Shown: in pieces, positions 62,501-64,000 of the stretch | Layout: the number at the start of each line of letters is the position of its first letter | Position numbering within the stretch: position 1 is the stretch's first letter | Origin: Lytechinus pictus | Taxonomy: Eukaryota | Direction of reading: 5' to 3' | Length of the DNA: 64,000 nt | Assembly (NCBI RefSeq): GCF_037042905.1 | Contig: NC_087250.1 | Span: forward strand, 24,058,001 to 24,122,000 | Notes under the pieces: model-generated | Database searches by the model: none | What the model was told of the DNA's origin: nothing | Seen by the model: only the letters and a program-made list of their open reading frames with translations | Translations under genes and position numbers: made by a program

Positions 62501-63693
62501 ACACATATTGCCTTTAAAGCTGACAACACTTGACAAAATGCTCTTAACTGATAGTGACTTGGGCAGTTCATGAATTGAAATAAGAATGTAGAGAAACTAG
62601 GATGGGATGTTTAAGAAAATAATGATAATCACTTCCTATTATTGTTCCCTTCTTGTAGATGTTCTTCATCCATCGTGGTGTTGTTGAGGTTGTCTCTGAA
62701 GACGGATCAATTGTCTTTGATACAATGCAATCTGGTAGATTCTTTGGTGAAATCAGTCTGGTCTTCAGTTGTCCAAGAACTGCCTCCATCAGGTAGGATG
62801 AATTATCTGGGGCCCGTTTCACAAATAGTTACAACTGTTGTAACTTTGCCATTATGTCAACTACCACCATGGTTACCTTAATTATGATTGGCTTCTACGC
62901 CCTGTTACCATGGTAGTTGCCATATTGGCAAAGTTACAACAGTTATAACTTTTTATGAAACCCGCCCCAGGTCTTTGCACCAAGACCAGGGTCTCTTCGC
63001 ATGAAAGAATGAACTTTTATATATAGTAACTTTACTTCTAATGTTATATGTCTCCACTTCGTGCTCCATATAAGTTTTGTATTGCTTTCAAATTCGCATT
63101 TACTATGGGGAAACTCTCTACAACGCACCACTTCCTTTAAAATTGCAAATTAAATTACAATGGAGTGTTGAGAGGCTTTTGTCAAAAGTTGGTTGACCGG
63201 GACAGCATCGGAATCTGTTGACTCTGGACAACGACATACATTTTTTAGCAATTCTTCGTCCAGTGCAAATCTTTTGATGATCTGCTGCCCCACTCCACCA
63301 ACTTTCGACAAAAGCCTTGCAGCTGTCCATTGTGATTTTGATTGCATTTTCAAAGGAATCGATGCATTATAGAGAATTTCCCTGTAGTAAATGTGAGAGC
63401 TATGGCTTGAATAATTCATTAAGTCATTTGAAATACTTTGCTTGCACATACAAAAAGGTTTATTATTACAGGATTTCCGCTACATCTCTCACATGAACAT
63501 TCAGTCTTTACATATTTGATCATTGCTCTTACTTACCAGGGCGGAGAACAATGTGGACATGTTTGTGCTCAACAAGGAAGATCTAGATGAGGTACTGACC
63601 CACTACCCATCCATCAAGGATCAGATCAACAAGGTTGCTGAGGAGAGGATCACTGCTGTACGCAAGAGAAGCGAGGCCAAAGTTGACCAGGCA
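11460..63693 (+). CDS. CNGK: Multi-repeat cyclic-nucleotide-gated K+ channel (CNGK/tetraKCNG-like), partial gene: 32 exons, open at both ends
   Basis: Hand-spliced exons give one open frame with three GYGD filters (TSTGYGD, TSTGYGD, ASVGYGD). Each filter is followed by S6, C-linker and a CNBD (FGEVSLIFSMPRT, FGEVGLIFGDYRT, FGEISLVFSCPRT). The units are joined by in-frame linker exons with no stop codon. Confidence 0.93.
12293..12470 (+). CDS. CNGK: Exon, repeat A filter end, S6 and C-linker start (YGDISAVNEKEKWFSIGAMLLG...DAQRARYTHRFNVIKDSL)
   Basis: tacag/gtaaga boundaries; lies within ORF 12273..12557. Confidence 0.95.
12790..12964 (+). mobile_element. 3' end of a SINE/LINE-type retroposon
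   Basis: aagcgcat...atgcgct stem followed by a (TTA)n tail. Confidence 0.5.
13260..13630. repeat. ~56-bp minisatellite, left part
   Basis: Unit approximately cttcagaagatagcactattttgtggatgattttattataactacttccatat. Confidence 0.85.
13631..16287. mobile_element. Non-autonomous DNA transposon, Sola2-like, inserted into the minisatellite
   Basis: TIR gagcatgatcggtt / aaccgatcacgctc; 4-bp TSD GTAA (13627-30, 16288-91); recurrent tccgtccgtgat motif in both orientations. Confidence 0.8.
16288..16910. repeat. ~56-bp minisatellite, right part
   Basis: Same unit as 13260-13630; resumes in register after the TSD. Confidence 0.88.
17284..17448 (+). CDS. CNGK: Exon, repeat A C-linker (KDQSVPEDLQKQVIGYYEYLW...KYILDK)
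   Basis: tatag/gtaaga; 55 codons; acceptor is a tandem tagAAG. Confidence 0.93.
18509..18655 (+). CDS. CNGK: Exon, repeat A CNBD N-terminal part (APMFQGLNDGFLRML...DMYFIQRGEIE)
   Basis: ttcag/gtaatg; 49 codons. Confidence 0.94.
19081..19146 (+). CDS. CNGK: Exon, repeat A CNBD (VLSADDDDTPIARLNHGKLFGE)
   Basis: tgcag/gtgagc; 22 codons; ends in FGE. Confidence 0.92.
19550..19664 (+). CDS. CNGK: Exon, repeat A CNBD phosphate-binding cassette (VSLIFSMPRTNTIRAAAHCDLLVLDKGDLQNVLLHYPE)
   Basis: aatag/gtaagt; PRT motif; B-helix ending YP. Confidence 0.94.
20187..20318 (+). CDS. CNGK: Exon, repeat A C-helix and linker (VAKKLQDIADQRCDAAGLLEERVRAGEGIIPASKSLSRHGNPQN)
   Basis: tttag acceptor in phase 1; donor gtaagc at 20319, with an alternative same-phase donor gtaacc at 20304. 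Confidence 0.85.
21009..21106 (+). CDS. CNGK: Exon, A-B inter-repeat linker (HDTGYPLNSYEAFDMEDVESEWVTVHRGSVVM)
   Basis: ttcag/gtaagt; the only open frame is the one that bridges phase 1 to phase 0, as the flanking exons require. Confidence 0.8.
24075..24101 (+). CDS. Candidate 27-nt microexon (HSPARMTPS) in the A-B linker
   Basis: atcag acceptor, TCG/gtaaga donor, phase 0-0 inside a phase-0 intron; GC-rich island in AT-rich intron. Confidence 0.4.
26009..26171 (+). CDS. CNGK: Exon, repeat B pre-S1 and S1 (RTGRHLRILWDD...VLPNSRFARLWELLVLLVTLIIAFLYPYCASFI)
   Basis: aacag/gtatgc; PxSxFxxxW motif typical of CNBD-channel S1. Confidence 0.92.
26692..26817 (+). CDS. CNGK: Exon, repeat B S2 (NQNRNDEGTENLILLTHMYLMDFVLVIDIVVRLRTAVTTPN)
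   Basis: cacag/gtaaaa; DxxxxxDIxxxxRT S2 motif. Confidence 0.92.
27342..27517 (+). CDS. CNGK: Exon, repeat B S3-S4 (TFKDFHYIRDHYVRSWGFVADVVAILPLD...LALNRLIKCWR)
   Basis: aatag/gtagga; FxxDxxAxLPxD S3 motif. Confidence 0.93.
28060..28202 (+). CDS. CNGK: Exon, repeat B S4-S5 linker and S5 (VPNYLQNLEQ...RFFKFVIYIALLSHWSACLWYLFACPSG)
   Basis: cccag/gtaagt; HWxACLWY S5 motif. Confidence 0.93.
28433..28691. mobile_element. Degenerate palindromic MITE
   Basis: gatttcatgaaac ... tttcgtgatac ends; internal accaatca...caaggatttc motif shared with the 60011 and 63780 elements. Confidence 0.45.
29880..30045. mobile_element. Hairpin MITE with CACTG...CAGTG ends and TA flanks
   Basis: Near-perfect 166-bp palindrome (cactgtaaaa...agtgctgattttctagtt / aactagaaaatcagcact...ttttacagtg). 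Confidence 0.8.
33405..33467 (+). CDS. Candidate exon, repeat B extracellular turret (CQVDMFKSDAHFVFNSKGST)
   Basis: 63 nt, phase 2-2 inside a phase-2 intron; gaag acceptor after a long C/T-rich tract; AG/gttagc donor; open in the required frame. Confidence 0.45.
37634..37885 (+). CDS. CNGK: Exon, repeat B pore helix, filter and S6 (EYIQSLYWAAATMTSTGYGDISAHSTIGR...ANSDAP)
   Basis: aacag/gtcagt; lies within ORF 37626..37901. Confidence 0.95.
38447..38563 (+). CDS. CNGK: Exon, repeat B C-linker (VGFQEKLFASQDFMKKHNLSLDLQQRVINYLSLVFRRH)
   Basis: tacag/gtacac; phase 2-2. Confidence 0.93.
39065..39164 (+). CDS. CNGK: Exon, repeat B C-linker (GEAIPGGERVMHDMPIQLQQDIAYQDVHETLSK)
   Basis: ttcag/gtaacc; PxxLxxDIA motif. 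Confidence 0.92.
39945..40091 (+). CDS. CNGK: Exon, repeat B CNBD N-terminal part (VPLFKECDSNFLRML...PGDVVVYQGDMGREMYFIRRGTCE)
   Basis: cacag/gtaaga; 49 codons. Confidence 0.95.
40117..41236 (+). mobile_element. Composite repeat resembling a non-autonomous Helentron (HINE/DINE-1-like)
   Basis: T-run start, gtctc/gagac short inverted repeat, (GGC)n microsatellite, tandem 187-bp units (40194, 40381, 40568, then diverged copies), T-run end. Confidence 0.6.
41294..42056. mobile_element. Non-autonomous piggyBac-type element
   Basis: TTAA|ccctttctaggc ... gcctagataggg|TTAA. Confidence 0.85.
42077..42244. mobile_element. Short palindromic MITE
   Basis: gagcatttcat ... atgaaatgttc ends; internal tgtctgaca/tgtcag repeats; similar to 63780-63912. 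Confidence 0.55.
42249..43872 (-). mobile_element. tRNA-derived SINE (Deu/Nin-domain-like) split by a hAT insertion
   Basis: Minus strand reads a tRNA-like head with B-box GGTTCGAGCCC, core CTTTCGGATGGTGAGGTTAAAGGTCGGTCCC and a (CA)n tail; flanking direct repeat ccagagat (42241-48, 43873-80). Confidence 0.7.
42284..43722. mobile_element. Non-autonomous hAT element
   Basis: TIR cagtggcgtaacagg / cctgttacgccgctg; 8-bp TSD cagacgtg (42276-83, 43723-30). Confidence 0.88.
44142..44326 (+). CDS. CNGK: Exon, repeat B CNBD (VLSKDG...GQYFGEVGLIFGDYRTATVRAASYCELL...FPLIE)
   Basis: tccag/gtaagt; matches ORF 44145..44330. Confidence 0.95.
44790..45503. mobile_element. Non-autonomous DNA transposon, CA..TG ends, 7-bp TSD (P-like)
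   Basis: cagtccttca / tgaaggtctg; attaaac at 44783-89 and 45504-10; subterminal gaggagc/gctcctc motifs. Confidence 0.6.
45099..45279. repeat. Long hairpin (~75-bp arms) inside the 44790 element
   Basis: tctgatttgatttt...taaatattgtagtccca pairs with tgggactacaatattta...aaaatcaaatcaga. Confidence 0.8.
45637..45719 (+). CDS. CNGK: Exon, repeat B C-helix (QFSDAARNQGHLRELRDASKEKKADPF)
   Basis: gatag/gtaagt; phase 2-1. Confidence 0.87.
46627..46738 (+). CDS. CNGK: Exon, acidic B-C linker (AGTVLQPEDEDDTEDMSLYPAATSLRPVDISIKVFD)
   Basis: gccag/gtaagc; phase 1-2. Confidence 0.83.
46896..47119. mobile_element. Palindromic Harbinger-like MITE
   Basis: ttcacaaagatttaagtatgactta / taagtcatacttaaatctttgtgaa; G-run and C-run ends in CWG context. 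Confidence 0.75.
47808..47882 (+). CDS. CNGK: Exon, B-C linker (KSEDFQEPFQEISLLSRLFAKLLM)
   Basis: ttcag/gtaaac; phase 2-2. Confidence 0.83.
48294..48461 (+). CDS. CNGK: Exon, repeat C S1-S2 (RAFIPNGTCFKRWEAIRV...NYALDFICFVD)
   Basis: actag/gtaaga; lies within ORF 48178..48465. Confidence 0.92.
48977..49060 (+). CDS. CNGK: Exon, repeat C S2-S3 loop (YLKFHTAFYNENNVLVTHPLSTAKHYL)
   Basis: aacag/gtaagt; phase 2-2. Confidence 0.93.
49485..49561 (+). CDS. CNGK: Exon, repeat C S3 (TNFLIDVLACFPTELIAYAVIGNFS)
   Basis: tatag/gtaagt; FxxDxxAxxPxE motif. Confidence 0.93.
50197..50258 (+). CDS. CNGK: Exon, repeat C S4 (EAIHVYALVRINRLLQLYRV)
   Basis: aacag/gtaaga; RxNRLL motif. Confidence 0.92.
50508..51585. 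mobile_element. Unclassified non-autonomous DNA transposon with 4-bp TSD
   Basis: TTGA|cagtcagaccgcaggtccc ... gggacctgccgactgactg|TTGA. Confidence 0.7.
51619..56691. mobile_element. Non-autonomous DNA transposon, Academ-like, with ~265-bp TIRs and internal tandem arrays
   Basis: tagtagagcggattagc ... gctaatccgctctacta; 3-bp TSD ATA; near-identical TIRs 51619-51884 / 56416-56691; internal ~375-395-bp units at 54480-56400. Confidence 0.82.
53861..54461. mobile_element. GC-rich Harbinger-like MITE nested in the Academ-like element
   Basis: gagcctgttcagaccg / cggtgtgaacagcccc ends; abrupt GC/CpG rise; internal palindromes; TSD imperfect. Confidence 0.7.
57054..57109 (+). CDS. CNGK: Exon, repeat C S4-S5 linker (PLAFNYLESDVQNLTGNI)
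   Basis: Strong polypyrimidine tract, ttcag/gtaaaa; phase 0-2. Confidence 0.9.
57663..57847 (+). CDS. CNGK: Exon, repeat C S5 and turret (MMKFFFYMVLFIHMLACMWYMNACPP...HRCKNNSWTSKTDTSF)
   Basis: cacag/gtacgt; HxxACxWY motif. Confidence 0.93.
58306..58409 (+). CDS. CNGK: Exon, repeat C pore (NQSIAAQYVTSMYWASATGASVGYGDIHANNVSE)
   Basis: gatag/gtaagt; GYGD filter. Confidence 0.95.
59182..59325 (+). CDS. CNGK: Exon, repeat C S6 and C-linker start (MILALFSMIVGIVFFGYIIASVAASLANADAQRARYQEKLTAIKRYLK)
   Basis: ctcag/gtatgg; 48 codons. Confidence 0.95.
59458..59943. mobile_element. MITE-like element with one left and two right inverted-repeat copies
   Basis: gggggtcctaaagctacgcac versus gtgcgtagctttagg at 59723 and 59921. 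Confidence 0.55.
60011..60167. mobile_element. Harbinger-like MITE
   Basis: CAG|ggccccattgcataaa ... tttatgcaactgggcc|CAG. Confidence 0.75.
60740..60901 (+). CDS. CNGK: Exon, repeat C C-linker (DQAVEKSLAQHVDVYYNYMWLRTKG...QGIINK)
   Basis: cacag/gtataa; 54 codons. Confidence 0.94.
61005..61316. mobile_element. Harbinger-like MITE
   Basis: cccgtattctgaagtcgggtttaactta / taagttaaacccgacttcagaatacggg, perfect 28-bp inverted repeat. Confidence 0.78.
61734..61850 (+). CDS. CNGK: Exon, repeat C CNBD N-terminal part (VPLFQNTEIGFQKMLAMCIKPVYYLNREYIVRKHDFGKE)
   Basis: cccag/gtaagt; 39 codons. Confidence 0.94.
62659..62792 (+). CDS. CNGK: Exon, repeat C CNBD (MFFIHRGVVEVVSEDG...GRFFGEISLVFSCPRTASI)
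   Basis: tgtag/gtagga; FGE...PRTA cassette. Confidence 0.95.
62810..62967. mobile_element. Harbinger-like MITE
   Basis: ctg|gggcccgtttca ... tgaaacccgccc|cag; internally palindromic. Confidence 0.7.
63540..63693 (+). CDS. CNGK: Exon, repeat C CNBD B/C helices (AENNVDMFVLNKEDLDEVLTHYP...KVDQA); gene continues beyond the window
   Basis: accag/gtgagt; no stop codon before the donor. Confidence 0.93.
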
Positions 63694-63779
63694 GTGAGTT
63701 CTCAATCCCTCATTTTCAGAATTCACCTACTCTGTGTAAAGTTAATAAACTATTCTAGCCCCATGATTCTAGACCCCTA

Positions 63780-63912
63780 GGAAGCATTTCATGAAAAATT
63801 TTGTCAGCGATTTTCACCGACTCATTTTTAGGCAATCAGATGCAAGGATTCGCAGTAGCTTTTTAACAATATTCAACTAAAAATTACTGACTTATTTCAT
63901 GAAATGTTCCCC
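63780..63912. mobile_element. Short palindromic MITE
   Basis: gcatttcatgaaa / tttcatgaaatgt ends. Confidence 0.55.
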
Positions 63913-64000
63913 TTGTTAAAGCAATCCTGTTAGTAGCTCATAGAGGATGCTGCATGTATCCTGAGATGATAGTATAGTGAAGTTAACCATCAAAACAAAG

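Overview
AT-rich, intron-rich animal genomic DNA, most likely an echinoderm (sea-urchin-like; inferred from the gene and repeat content). The window lies almost entirely inside one + strand gene. I assembled 32 GT-AG exons by hand (11460..63693; about 4.1 kb, about 1370 codons, phases compatible at every junction, no stop codons). They encode three tandem 6TM-GYGD-pore/C-linker/CNBD channel units in one polypeptide. This is the architecture of the four-repeat sperm cGMP-gated K+ channel CNGK (tetraKCNG), which is already described. The window covers the pore-to-CNBD part of one repeat and two further repeats, probably repeats 1 (partial), 2 and 3; both the start and the end of the gene lie outside the window. 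The introns hold many non-autonomous DNA transposons with readable ends and target-site duplications (two ~5 kb TAGT..ACTA Academ-like elements; Sola2-, Tc1/mariner-, hAT-, piggyBac-, P-, Harbinger- and Helentron-like elements), plus SINEs and minisatellites. I found no transposase ORF, RNA gene or CRISPR array, and no wholly new biological system. The best leads are two candidate frame-preserving alternative exons, two one-codon intron shifts between repeats, a CpG-rich pore exon that may mark an internal promoter, an X-box/CRE cluster, and transposons carrying arrays of RFX or YY1 motifs.
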